DNA of 64,000 nucleotides from a virus (Duplodnaviria; Caudoviricetes): IMG/VR virus record IMGVR_UViG_3300048670_000735, positions 1 to 64,000 of that record; one strand, 5' to 3'. Shown piece by piece: positions 52,819 to 63,700 of this stretch (position 1 is its first letter; each line of letters starts with the position of its first letter). The notes under the pieces were generated by a model. It saw only the letters and a program-made list of their open reading frames with translations, ran no database searches and was not told where the DNA came from. The position numbers and the translations under genes were made by a program.

Positions 52819-55800
52819 ATGGCAGATAATTTAATCACCACCAATATTACCGCCAATGCAGACTTTACGAGCTTAAGAGCTCAGCTAGCTGCAGTTACTG
52901 CCCAACTCATAAAACTTCAAGAAACAACTGCTGGAACAAACGCAAAGCTTGCAAATCAAATTGCAGTAATGAACAAGTCGTTTGCAACTACCCTTGGCTC
53001 TACTGGTCAGTTTTCACAGCACTTTGTTTCTTTAACTTCAGACGTAGAAAAGTTTGGAAAGAATTTAGATCGTGGCCGTCTTAAATTAAGTGAGTACTAT
53101 AACACTTGGAACGGCCACACTAAAAAATCAAGCAATTTAATTAGAGATCTTGCAAAGCAGCAGGTAATGCTTGAGCAGGCTATTATTCAGCCATTAGGTA
53201 AAAATGCACAGGGCTTAATGCAATACAACGTAATGGTTGCAAAAGGTCTTGATGAGATAAAAAACAAAACAGCTTTAGCTAGACAACAAGCTTCAATTAT
53301 GAATAAGGTCATGCAAGACGGTGCGGGCCAACTAATTAACTGGGGTAAAAATACACAGTGGGCAGGTCGTCAGCTTACAGTAGGACTTACAGTCCCACTC
53401 ATTGCCTTCGGAGCTGCAGCACAAAAAGCATTTAAAGAAGCAGACGCAGAGCTAGTAAGATTAACAAAAGTTTATGGCGGATTAGCCGCAACTTCATCTG
53501 AAGATTTAGCGCAAGTCAGAAAAGATGTAAAGGCTACTGCTAAAGAAATTGCTAGTTCCTACGGTGTAGCATATAAAGAAACAATTGCACTTGCAGCTGA
53601 TTTAGCAGCCACTGGACAACAAGGAAATGAGTTAATTGCATCAACTCAGCAAACAACAAGACTTGCTGTTCTTGGTGAAGTTGACAGACAAGATGCAATG
53701 AAAGCAACTCTTGCAATTCAAAATGCATTCAAGCAAAATACAAATGAGCTAACACAATCAATTGACTTCCTTAACGCAGTTGAAAACCAGACTTCCACAT
53801 CTCTTCAAGACCTAACTGAAGCAATTCCAAAAGCAGGTCCAGTTGTAAAATCACTTGGCGGAGACGTAAAAGATTTAGCTTTGTATTTAACTGCAATGAA
53901 AGAAGGCGGAGTAAACGCATCAGAAGGTGCTAACGCAATCAAATCAGCAATGGCATCTCTTATCAACCCTACAAAGGTTGCAAAAGAAATGTTTAACGGA
54001 TTTGGAATAGATATTGATAAAATTGTAACCTCAAATGCTGGAAACCTAACAGCAACAATAGTAGATCTTCAGTCAGCGCTAGACAGTCTAGATCCTTTAA
54101 GCAAGTCAAGAGCTATTGAGCAATTGTTTGGTAAATTCCAGTACGCAAGAATGTCTGCGCTATTTGAAAACCTAGGAAAATCTGGATCGCAAACACTTCA
54201 GGTTATGGATTTAATGAAGGCAAGCACACAAGATCTTGCAGCAATTTCAGAGCGAGAATTAAAGATGATGACAGAGTCAGCATCAGGACAATTCAAGAGA
54301 GCCTGGGCTTCTGTTCAAGCAGACTTAGCCGCTGTTGGAGAACAGTTCTTAAGAATAAGCACAAAGGTATTAATTGTTGTAGATAAAATTATTCAATTTT
54401 TTCAAAATTTGCCAGGCCCAGTTAAAACATTCTTAAATGCTCTGGGCGGAATCACAGCAATTGCTGGACCAATAATCATGCTTACAGGTGTACTCGGAAA
54501 CTTCCTAGGATACATCATTAAGGGTATATTTCATTTAAAGCAATTAGGTAAAGGCGGACAAAGCTTTAAATTTCTTACCCCTGAAATTATGGCAGCAGAT
54601 GCTGCAGCAAAAGGTCTTGCAACATCATTCTATAGTGATACAGAAGCAACAATTGTTTTATCTAATGCTGTAAATACACTTTCAGAATCATTTGCTAACC
54701 TTGAAATGAAAGCAAATGCTGCAAAGGTTGCTGTTCAACCAGCGGTTGCAACTGTTGGTGGAAGCGCAGTAGCTCCAGGAGTTCTTGGACAAAGAGTAGT
54801 TGATAAAAACAATCCGCTAATTGGTTCACCTTATTCAAGAGATATGTCACATTTGATTCCATCTCAAATGCCACAAATGGGAACAATATTTGGAACAGTC
54901 CCAGGTGCTGGCCCAGTAAACGTTAGAGTTGGAAAAAATCCTCAAGCGTACATGGACCAAGATCTTCCAAAGATCCCTGGAGTCACATCAGTAAATAACA
55001 CATCTACTGGAATTGTTGCAGCTGAAGCAGCAAAGTGGCATGCAATGACAGCAGCAATTGCAATGCAGTCAGAAGCAGAAATAAAAGTATTGAAAAAAGA
55101 AGTAATGGCAACGGGAACAATTACATCAAGCCTATCTGATTCTTATCAAGCATTGCTCCCAGAATTTTCTGAAATTACAAGTATGGCTGCACAAGAAACA
55201 GCTTTAATTGTTAAGCAGCTACAGCAAAGTAAAATAACAGCAGATGAAGCAAGAGCAAAAGTAATTCAGCTAAACGCAACAGTTGAAGCAATGCTTGCCG
55301 AAACAGCTCAAAAGATTGCAGCAGGACAAGGAAGAACTGTAGCCTTAACAACAGTTCCATTAACATCTCAACCTGTAGTAGACCCAATAACAGGTAAATC
55401 AAACATGAAAGAGATGTTCCACAAGGGAACAACAAAAGAAATTGCAGATAGAATTGCAAGAGCATTAGGTGGAGTCAGAACCTCTGGAGCGGGATACAAT
55501 ATTCAGACTACAAAGCCTCAGCAATTAAACGCAGGAGGAAGAGTATATGATCCATCAAGAGACGGCAACATCGTACCTGGAGACACATCAATTAACTATG
55601 ATAATACTCCAGCAGTTTTGCAAGAAGGCGGCTATGTATTAAATCAAGGCGCTTCAAAAAATAATCCAGACCTAGTTAGTCTTGCAAAAAATTCCCGAAA
55701 CTCTGGAGGAAAAATTGTACCAGCTGTAGTAACTCCAGGTGAGACTTACTTCCCTCCAGAAGTTGCTGAGACAATGATGCCTACACTTGAAAAGGCTAAC

Positions 55801-58800
55801 AGAGGTTCAAAAATATCATTAAGAAATGTCGGCGGATATATAGGTGGTCTTGTAAAAAGATCAAAGAAGAACTACGGAATTAGCTTTGAAGATTCAGAGC
55901 AGATGCGTAGATATACTGAATATCATACGTCATCAAATTTTGACCAGTATGCAAAAGCGGCTTCAATTGCAAATGATGCAGAAGCACTAGTTGCTCTTGG
56001 GCTAAGCCCAGAAGAAGCTGTAAAGGAAGCAGATCGCTGGTTTGAAAAGAGATACAATAAAGCTTTAGAAAATAACAATGGAGTATTTAAGCAATCAGAA
56101 TTTGATAAAGTTACACAAGAAAGCTATTCTGATTTACAAAAAGATTTAAAGAAAAGATACGGTATAACAAAACCTATCTCAAAAGAATGGCGCACACTTT
56201 CAAAGTCTGGAAGCCAGCAGATGAAGGCACAGCGCTGGAGATACACAAGTGGAAAAGTTGATTACACAGTAAGAAACAAAATATTTGATTTACTTGGAGA
56301 ACCAGGGAAGAGATTAAAGAAAGAGGCTGCCTTTGCAAATCAAGAGCGAGCACACTACACATCTGGAAGCACACAAGCTAAATCTGGATTTAACTATTTA
56401 GGACAGGCAGTAATACAGCCTTGGGAAATTAATCAGCTTGCTCACGAGCTTTCAAGATATGGAGTTATACAAAATTCATTTTCTTTGTCATCTGCTGAGA
56501 ATAAACAGCAGTTTGATAGAATTGCAAAAAATTTAGGATACTTAGATCACGATGACATGTTGGAAAGCTTAAAGGGCAAAAAGAGTTCTCCAGCAAAACC
56601 TCCTAGAGTATTTAAAGTTGAAAATGGAATGACAGCGCCATTGCGTAAAATGGTTTCTTCTTCACCTGCACAATTTAAAAATTACATGAGATTGCCAGCC
56701 GTAGCAAGAATGCTCACTTTAGCTGGAGCAAGACTTAATGCTGGAGGAGCAGTTGGTGGCTCAGTCCGTAAAGGAAAATATAATTACGGAAAACTTCCAG
56801 CATGGATAATCAGAAATGAAAAGATCAAAAACCTAGCCAACACTGATCCAGCACATGGTGTTTTACAAATTGGTAAATATCACCCAGCCTTGCATGTTAG
56901 AAATCAATATGTTGCTCCTTCTATTAGATATAAGAGTAACTATGAACCATTTACATGGGACAAAGGTCCTAATGCTGGTCAAACTTTCTATTCCCCAAGA
57001 AGAACTGGCGGAGCACCAGCATTTGAAACTGGAACAATAGAGACAAGAGCAAAAACTGCTCTATACAATTATATGCAGGGTGACTATCAAGCAATTAATG
57101 ATCCAGCAGTTCAGGCATATCTTTCAACCATAAGAACTAAATTTACAGGAACACTTCATAGAGGAGTTAGAAACATATCTAGCCTTCCTCCTGTAATTAG
57201 TAATTTAATTAAAGAAGGCAGATGGGATGATCTTGTAGGCAAAGAGTTTATTATGCGTCGCTCATCATGGAGCACAAATAAAGATACTGCAGAAGGCTTT
57301 GGTCAAATTCAGCTTATTGCAAACGTAAAAAATAGAAATGCTGTGCCAGCATCTGAAATATTTCCAAACTTAACATTCCAATCTCCACAGGGACCAGTAC
57401 CAGTAAACGAAAGTGAAGTTTACATGGGAGGTAAGTTTAGAGTTATTGGAGCTGATAAAAATAGATTAAAGCTACAAGCAATATATGATGCTGCTCGTGA
57501 AAATGGCGGACCAGTAAATGCTGGAAGACCTTATCTTGTTGGAGAAAAGGGTCCAGAAATCTTCGTTCCAAAAAATGCTGGAGGTGTAATTCCAGGATAC
57601 AACATGGGCGGAATGGTAAAGTCAATGATGATGAGCTCACTTGGATACATGGGTGGTTCTGCGCTTGGAGGAATGACAGGCTTGCCAGGCGGAGCAATGA
57701 TTGGCGGAATGCTTGGCTCAATGTTTGGAATGGGCGGAGGCTCATCTATGGGAAGAGCTCCAAGGCCACAAGCAGAAGGTCCATTAAGAGAAAATGGAAT
57801 GTTTGCAAAAAATTTATCTGCAGAGCATTTTACAAAACCAATAGGTCCAGCAGGAAAACTTGCAGATAAGTTAAATCTGCTTGGATCATCAGGTGGAAGA
57901 TTTTCTAGTGTTTTAACAAAAATAGGACCACTTCTTGCAAGACTTCCAATGGCATTTAATCCAGTTGGGGTTGCAATTGCAGCAGTAACAGCAGCTACAG
58001 TTCTTGGGGTTAAAAGATGGAAAGACCATAATGAACATTTAAGAATTGGAATGCTTCAATATAGCTTAACTGCAGAAGCAGCAAAAAAAGCTGGAGTAAA
58101 ATTTACTGATTACAATACAAAGCTAGCAGATACCGTTACAAATATTCAAGCAATAAGAGAAAGAAATCAGCTTTTGTATGAAAGCATGGAGTCTGCTGGA
58201 ATGCCAATAGAGATGACTATTGAGCAATATAAGAAATTGCGTAAAGAGGTTAAGTCATCTTATGCAGACCAAATTAAATTAATTAATCAAACAAAGGGAC
58301 CAGGGGATACAAGAAAGCTTGCAGAAGATCTTAAGATTCAGTTAATGGCAGCAGGCATGTCAGCAGAAGATGCAACAAAGAAAATTTGGGCAATGTTTAA
58401 ACTTTCTGAAAAAGCAAAAGACGCTGCAACATTTACATTAGGAAACTCTGGCTTTAATAACATAAAAGATGGTCAATCTGTAGCAGTAAGTGCAATATCC
58501 AGATACAGCGCTGCAGCAAAAGAAGGCGGACGTGAAGGCGCAGGCGCAGTACAAACTGGACTGACATCAATAGATGCTGGCATACAAGACATGATTGCTA
58601 GAAGCAAAAAAGCAGCCAAAGCAGACAAGTCTGGCAATACAAAAGTATTAACTGAATATCAGGCACAAGAAGCTATGCTTAATAAATTAAATTCTCTTGA
58701 GTCATCAAAAGCAAGATTAACAAAAGCAACAAGAGATGAAATGATTAAGCAAAACCCAGAACTTAAAAAGATTATTAATCCACTAGACACAATTGTAAGT

Positions 58801-60312
58801 CTATGGGGAAAGATGAATCTTGCAGCAAAAGGCTTTACAGGTAATTTAGAAGCTCTAGGTCCAAAAGCCGTTGAAACATTATCTAAGATTGCTGATGCTG
58901 TTTCTGAAGCAACAGCTTCCGCCAACAAGACTGGGTTATTAAAAGATCAATATGCAATGCTTGATAAATTAACTGCACAGCAAAAGGCCTTAATGAAGGC
59001 TGCAAAAGGACAAAGCGTAGCCCAACAAATAAGTACTAAGGACCAGCTTAAAGCTCTTCAAAAACAAATTGATGCAAATAATAAACTTGCAGATGCAAGA
59101 TTAAAAGCTCTTGATGCTGCAAAGCAAGAGGGAGATATTGCAAGAGAAATTGCTAAAAAGCAAGCAGAATATGATTCTGCTTTAGCAACAGGTAATGCAG
59201 CTGCAGCACAACAAGCAAGCCTAGATATTCAAGGACTGCAATCAGATCAGCAATATCTTTCACAGAAAAAAGCAATTGAAGATGCGCTTAAATTACAAAA
59301 TGCACCACTTGAAGCAAAAATAAAAGCAATTAACGAAGGTCAAGAAAAACTTTCTGACAGAGCAGCCCTAGCAGCCGAAAGTTTAGGAAAGATTAATGAC
59401 AAGATAGCAACACAAAAACAAAAAATTGATGACGTTAATTCAGCAATGACAACATTTAGAATAAATGCAATCGCAGCTGGCAAAACTCTTGAAGAGTATG
59501 CTTTGACCAAAGAAGGAAAACAAGATGCTGCAGCAGTTGTAGGTACTTCAAAAACAGCGGGAATAAAAGTTCCTGCCAGCAGCGGAGGTCAGTATGTAGG
59601 AAGTACGTTTGTTCCAAATACAAAGAATGTTGGGTCACAAGCACTAGACCTGATTACTAAAACTGAAGATGCAGTAACTTCAGCTCTTACTTCAAAAGGC
59701 ATTCAAATGGGCAGCGGAGACATCTACATTGTTGGAAAAGACGGAAAGAAAACAAAAGTTGATGCAACTTCATATCAAGATGGTAAAAAATCTAATGCAG
59801 GTATAAACAGATCTACGGTAAATGGTAAAGAAAAGTTGTCTGTTCAAGCTTTGCAATTAGTTGCAGAAAAAATACCTACAAAGCAGGGAACAGAATTTTT
59901 TATTAAAGATACAAAGTACAAGATTACTGGGCCAGCTAACACCAATGGTATGCTACCAATTGAAAAAGCTGGATACGGAACAATGAATCTAAATCCAAGA
60001 ATTCCTACAATTGTTGGAGACAGAGGCCCAGAGCTAGCATTTGGCGGAATGATTATCCCTAATATGGCTAAGGTGCCATTCTCTTCTGCAAGATATGATG
60101 TCAATAAAGCAAATCTTAGATTTGAGCCAATGCGTGATAATTCATGTGGAAGCGTAATTAACCTTACTCAAAATATTTATCCTTCAGACGGAATGAATAC
60201 AGATGCATTTGTAAGACAGGTCGTTCAGCAAACAAAACAAGCTATTGGACAAGATACAAAGTTAAATGCTAAAATGGTAGGAAATTCAATGAATGTGAGT
60301 ATTAAATCATGA
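52819..60312 (+). CDS. tape measure protein (TP901-type core) with embedded cargo domains including an ADP-ribosyltransferase-like domain
   Basis: 2497 aa, helical Ala/Gln-rich core, G..LTVGLTVP, TM segments, GG.V....PYLVGE.GPE.FVP motif; position after chaperones. Confidence 0.95.
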   Translation: MADNLITTNITANADFTSLRAQLAAVTAQLIKLQETTAGTNAKLANQIAVMNKSFATTLGSTGQFSQHFVSLTSDVEKFGKNLDRGRLKLSEYYNTWNGHTKKSSNLIRDLAKQQVMLEQAIIQPLGKNAQGLMQYNVMVAKGLDEIKNKTALARQQASIMNKVMQDGAGQLINWGKNTQWAGRQLTVGLTVPLIAFGAAAQKAFKEADAELVRLTKVYGGLAATSSEDLAQVRKDVKATAKEIASSYGVAYKETIALAADLAATGQQGNELIASTQQTTRLAVLGEVDRQDAMKATLAIQNAFKQNTNELTQSIDFLNAVENQTSTSLQDLTEAIPKAGPVVKSLGGDVKDLALYLTAMKEGGVNASEGANAIKSAMASLINPTKVAKEMFNGFGIDIDKIVTSNAGNLTATIVDLQSALDSLDPLSKSRAIEQLFGKFQYARMSALFENLGKSGSQTLQVMDLMKASTQDLAAISERELKMMTESASGQFKRAWASVQADLAAVGEQFLRISTKVLIVVDKIIQFFQNLPGPVKTFLNALGGITAIAGPIIMLTGVLGNFLGYIIKGIFHLKQLGKGGQSFKFLTPEIMAADAAAKGLATSFYSDTEATIVLSNAVNTLSESFANLEMKANAAKVAVQPAVATVGGSAVAPGVLGQRVVDKNNPLIGSPYSRDMSHLIPSQMPQMGTIFGTVPGAGPVNVRVGKNPQAYMDQDLPKIPGVTSVNNTSTGIVAAEAAKWHAMTAAIAMQSEAEIKVLKKEVMATGTITSSLSDSYQALLPEFSEITSMAAQETALIVKQLQQSKITADEARAKVIQLNATVEAMLAETAQKIAAGQGRTVALTTVPLTSQPVVDPITGKSNMKEMFHKGTTKEIADRIARALGGVRTSGAGYNIQTTKPQQLNAGGRVYDPSRDGNIVPGDTSINYDNTPAVLQEGGYVLNQGASKNNPDLVSLAKNSRNSGGKIVPAVVTPGETYFPPEVAETMMPTLEKANRGSKISLRNVGGYIGGLVKRSKKNYGISFEDSEQMRRYTEYHTSSNFDQYAKAASIANDAEALVALGLSPEEAVKEADRWFEKRYNKALENNNGVFKQSEFDKVTQESYSDLQKDLKKRYGITKPISKEWRTLSKSGSQQMKAQRWRYTSGKVDYTVRNKIFDLLGEPGKRLKKEAAFANQERAHYTSGSTQAKSGFNYLGQAVIQPWEINQLAHELSRYGVIQNSFSLSSAENKQQFDRIAKNLGYLDHDDMLESLKGKKSSPAKPPRVFKVENGMTAPLRKMVSSSPAQFKNYMRLPAVARMLTLAGARLNAGGAVGGSVRKGKYNYGKLPAWIIRNEKIKNLANTDPAHGVLQIGKYHPALHVRNQYVAPSIRYKSNYEPFTWDKGPNAGQTFYSPRRTGGAPAFETGTIETRAKTALYNYMQGDYQAINDPAVQAYLSTIRTKFTGTLHRGVRNISSLPPVISNLIKEGRWDDLVGKEFIMRRSSWSTNKDTAEGFGQIQLIANVKNRNAVPASEIFPNLTFQSPQGPVPVNESEVYMGGKFRVIGADKNRLKLQAIYDAARENGGPVNAGRPYLVGEKGPEIFVPKNAGGVIPGYNMGGMVKSMMMSSLGYMGGSALGGMTGLPGGAMIGGMLGSMFGMGGGSSMGRAPRPQAEGPLRENGMFAKNLSAEHFTKPIGPAGKLADKLNLLGSSGGRFSSVLTKIGPLLARLPMAFNPVGVAIAAVTAATVLGVKRWKDHNEHLRIGMLQYSLTAEAAKKAGVKFTDYNTKLADTVTNIQAIRERNQLLYESMESAGMPIEMTIEQYKKLRKEVKSSYADQIKLINQTKGPGDTRKLAEDLKIQLMAAGMSAEDATKKIWAMFKLSEKAKDAATFTLGNSGFNNIKDGQSVAVSAISRYSAAAKEGGREGAGAVQTGLTSIDAGIQDMIARSKKAAKADKSGNTKVLTEYQAQEAMLNKLNSLESSKARLTKATRDEMIKQNPELKKIINPLDTIVSLWGKMNLAAKGFTGNLEALGPKAVETLSKIADAVSEATASANKTGLLKDQYAMLDKLTAQQKALMKAAKGQSVAQQISTKDQLKALQKQIDANNKLADARLKALDAAKQEGDIAREIAKKQAEYDSALATGNAAAAQQASLDIQGLQSDQQYLSQKKAIEDALKLQNAPLEAKIKAINEGQEKLSDRAALAAESLGKINDKIATQKQKIDDVNSAMTTFRINAIAAGKTLEEYALTKEGKQDAAAVVGTSKTAGIKVPASSGGQYVGSTFVPNTKNVGSQALDLITKTEDAVTSALTSKGIQMGSGDIYIVGKDGKKTKVDATSYQDGKKSNAGINRSTVNGKEKLSVQALQLVAEKIPTKQGTEFFIKDTKYKITGPANTNGMLPIEKAGYGTMNLNPRIPTIVGDRGPELAFGGMIIPNMAKVPFSSARYDVNKANLRFEPMRDNSCGSVINLTQNIYPSDGMNTDAFVRQVVQQTKQAIGQDTKLNAKMVGNSMNVSIKS

Positions 60313-60755
60313 CGTTAACACTACCAGTAGGTTCGGCTTTATTTATACAAGATACTAATGGAACTTGGCAAAAGTTAACTGAGCATAACAGATCACCCAT
60401 ATCTTTTGATACTCAAAGAATTGAAAGAACATCTAGGATGTCAAACGGAAGTCTTAGAAAAGTATTTGTAGCAGATAAGAAATCTTTGTCCACTTCATGG
60501 ACCATGGTACCTTCATATAATTCAATGACTGTAGACGGCGGTTGGGGAGCTGAAGATTTAAAATCATTTTATTTAAGTGCAAAAGGTCAAGGTACATTTA
60601 ATGTTAGAATATCCTATAATCTATCTAGAACTGAAGATTTTATTGCTACATTTACCTCATGCTCATTTAGTATTATAAAAAGAAATGTTAAGGCTAGCTC
60701 ATCTGACACGCCACAGCTTTTTTGGGATGTATCTATTTCATTGGAAGAAGTATAA
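60309..60755 (+). CDS. distal tail protein (Dit-like)
   Basis: follows TMP; RM.NG.LR motif, ends W.VSISLEEV. Confidence 0.7.
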   Translation: MTLTLPVGSALFIQDTNGTWQKLTEHNRSPISFDTQRIERTSRMSNGSLRKVFVADKKSLSTSWTMVPSYNSMTVDGGWGAEDLKSFYLSAKGQGTFNVRISYNLSRTEDFIATFTSCSFSIIKRNVKASSSDTPQLFWDVSISLEEV

Positions 60756-63700
60756 TGTTAACTGCATCTTCTAACGTATTAAACGCAATAAATAAATCAA
60801 CAAGCATTTTAATTACAAATGGATGCCTGCTTGAATATAATATGAATGATATTATCCAGGGTACCTCTGTAACGGCCCCAGAGGGGGTTTTGACGGCCTC
60901 TTTAACAGCTCCTGCAGATCAGGGAGGGTATACCTATAAACCCTTTGAAAAGTTATTTCCACTAAAAAGCATAATTGATCCAAGAAGACCCAAATCCGCT
61001 GGAATTCAGTACATGATTGCTGGAGATCCAAGCGTAGCAACAACATTATCAAGCGGGGTAGGCTCAAGAGATACATATGCTTCATCTAAAGAATTTTCTA
61101 AAAGGCTTTATTTTTCAAGTATAAAAACGGCATATAAATATTGGGTAACCCCAAAAGCATCAGGAAACTCATTATCAAATTGCATTTTATCATTAACATA
61201 TCCTGCAGCAAAAAAAGCAGTATCAAATAAAATAACTATTAAGTTTGAAGTATCTCATTCAAAGCCAACTTCTTGGAATGTAAAACTAGTTAATTTAACT
61301 GGTGCAGAGTCTACTATATATACAGGAACAACTTGCCCAGATTCTGGTATTGTAAATATTTACTACAATGGATCTGCATGGACAGAAACAGAGCCATCAT
61401 CACCCGCAGTTGGAGTTGATTTAAGTGGTTTAAAGCTACAAGTAAACTCAATAAGCACATCTGGCGGATACCTTGGAGTAATAGAGATGTCTGCAAGGTA
61501 TGTTGTAGATGTTACACAAAGATTAGAATCATTTACTATATCTCAAAGTGCATCAGATTCTGTAGATGGAATCGTTCCCGTAGGCTCGGTAACTGCAAAC
61601 TCAATTTCTCTTAACTTGAATTCATATGATAGAGTTTGTGAAAATTATGATAAAGCAATGGTTTTTGATAAAAACAAAATCAATTTATACAAAAATGTTA
61701 TTGTAAAGCCATACGTAACTATTGAGTCAGAAAAAATAAACTTAGGAGTTTATTACTTAGACTCATCAGATCTAAGCGAATTTGGAGACGTATCAATTAC
61801 AGCTCTAGACGGAGCTAAAGAATTGCAGTTTATAAAGCCACCAGATACTGTAACAAAAGATATGTCTTCTGTTGCAATAATAAGAAGATTGCTTGACTCA
61901 GTTGGATTTACAAACTATAAATTCAATGTTTCTGAAACAGATACAGCAACAATAACCCCAGCCTACTGGTATACAGATCCAAATAAAACTGTATGGGAGC
62001 ATATTCAAGATCTATGCAAAGATACTCAAATGGTTGCTGTGTTTGATCACAATGACATTCTACAATTTTATCCAAGAGATTACATATTTGCAAAAAACAA
62101 ATCTCCACAGATATCATTTAGGTATAATGCAAAATCAGACAAGCTTGCAAACATAGCATCTTTGTCAGTAGAAACTGTTCCATCTGCAAAAGCAGTCAAA
62201 GTTTTATACAGCCCACAACTTAGCTCGTCTTATGACATTAGCTCAAAAGATATTTTATACAGCTCACCAGTTGTTTCACTTGGAGCAGCAGCATTAACAA
62301 GAGACCTTTTGCCGAGCTCTCCAGCAGAAGGAACTTTAGGAACCGAAGATTACGCACCCCTTGGTGTGGTTTATTTAGAACCAGTTGTAGTAAGTGGACA
62401 AGAAAAGCAGTTATATTCTTACGGCGGATACCTTGTTGTTGAAAAAGAAATTATTGAGTACGACGCAATACAATATCAGTATCAAGACATAAATGATTCA
62501 TCTGTTAAATACAAATGGATGAAGTCTGAATCTGATGTTCAAAAAAGTCAAGGTCTTTCAAAGCCAAATACATTTAAGCCTACAGGTAAATATAGAATAA
62601 AAGCTAGAAATGTTTTTAATGTTGTTTCTAGCACAGATACAGCTTCATTAACCCATACTGTAAATACAGACACGCTAGCAGCAGAATGGGAAGGCAAGAA
62701 ATGGGACAGCGCAGCTGGAACAATTACATCAGACCAATCTGTTTTTACATTAAAAGAGGTTGTTGCATCGACTGGAAACAATTTATTTAACCCTATCCCA
62801 AAATCTATGATGACTTTATTTGCACCTAATTCAACTACAGTTGTAAATCCAGATAAAACTTTGCCCAATTCTTACAAGCCAAATACAGTTTATTCAATGG
62901 CAACAACTAATGCAAAATATTTAAGCGGGGAAAGTTTTGTAATAGGAACCAATATGTACTTCCCGCTAGTCAAAGATCCAAAAACTCAGCAGGGAACAGG
63001 AGAGCAAAGAGTAACCTCTGGTTTAGCATTCTCTTTAAGCTCAGACAACAGAAGCGGATATTTACTTACAGTATCAACGTCACAAAATTCTAACGGGGAA
63101 AAGAATTACAGAGATGTAAATTTTTATAAAATAGTTGATGGAAAGCCTGTATCAATGACAAATTCTCAAAAAGATACAGACGGAACAATTATTACAAATA
63201 TAAATGGCGGTCAACTCTACAGAATAGATATTCGTGCAAACTACTCCAAGCCTGCTGGGGGAACAACTAAAGTTCTTGCTCTTAAGATTTTAATTAATAA
63301 CAAAACATTCGTTGTTGTTGATTCTAACCCTTTAAATATAACAGAGAAGATTGGCCTACTATCTCTTCAAGGTATATCAGCTTTTGATTATGTATACTCA
63401 TCTTCAATAAGCTCAGCAAACTTTTTAGCCAATAATAGCTTTAATTTATATAAAGGATTTTTAGGCGGAGAGTCTTCTGTAGTTAAAAATTTCGGAGATT
63501 TTATTTTTGATCAAGGCAAAAAAATAGAGAGCCCTTCATGGATAAAAGAATTTGGGCCAGTAGCTAGAGAACTTAAAAGAATACAGACTAGATATACTAC
63601 CCCAGGTTTTCCAAAATACTCTCAGCTTGTAAATAATCCAGACGTTACAATAGTTGGAGAATCAATAGACTCATTCACTATGGATATATTTGCAATGAAT

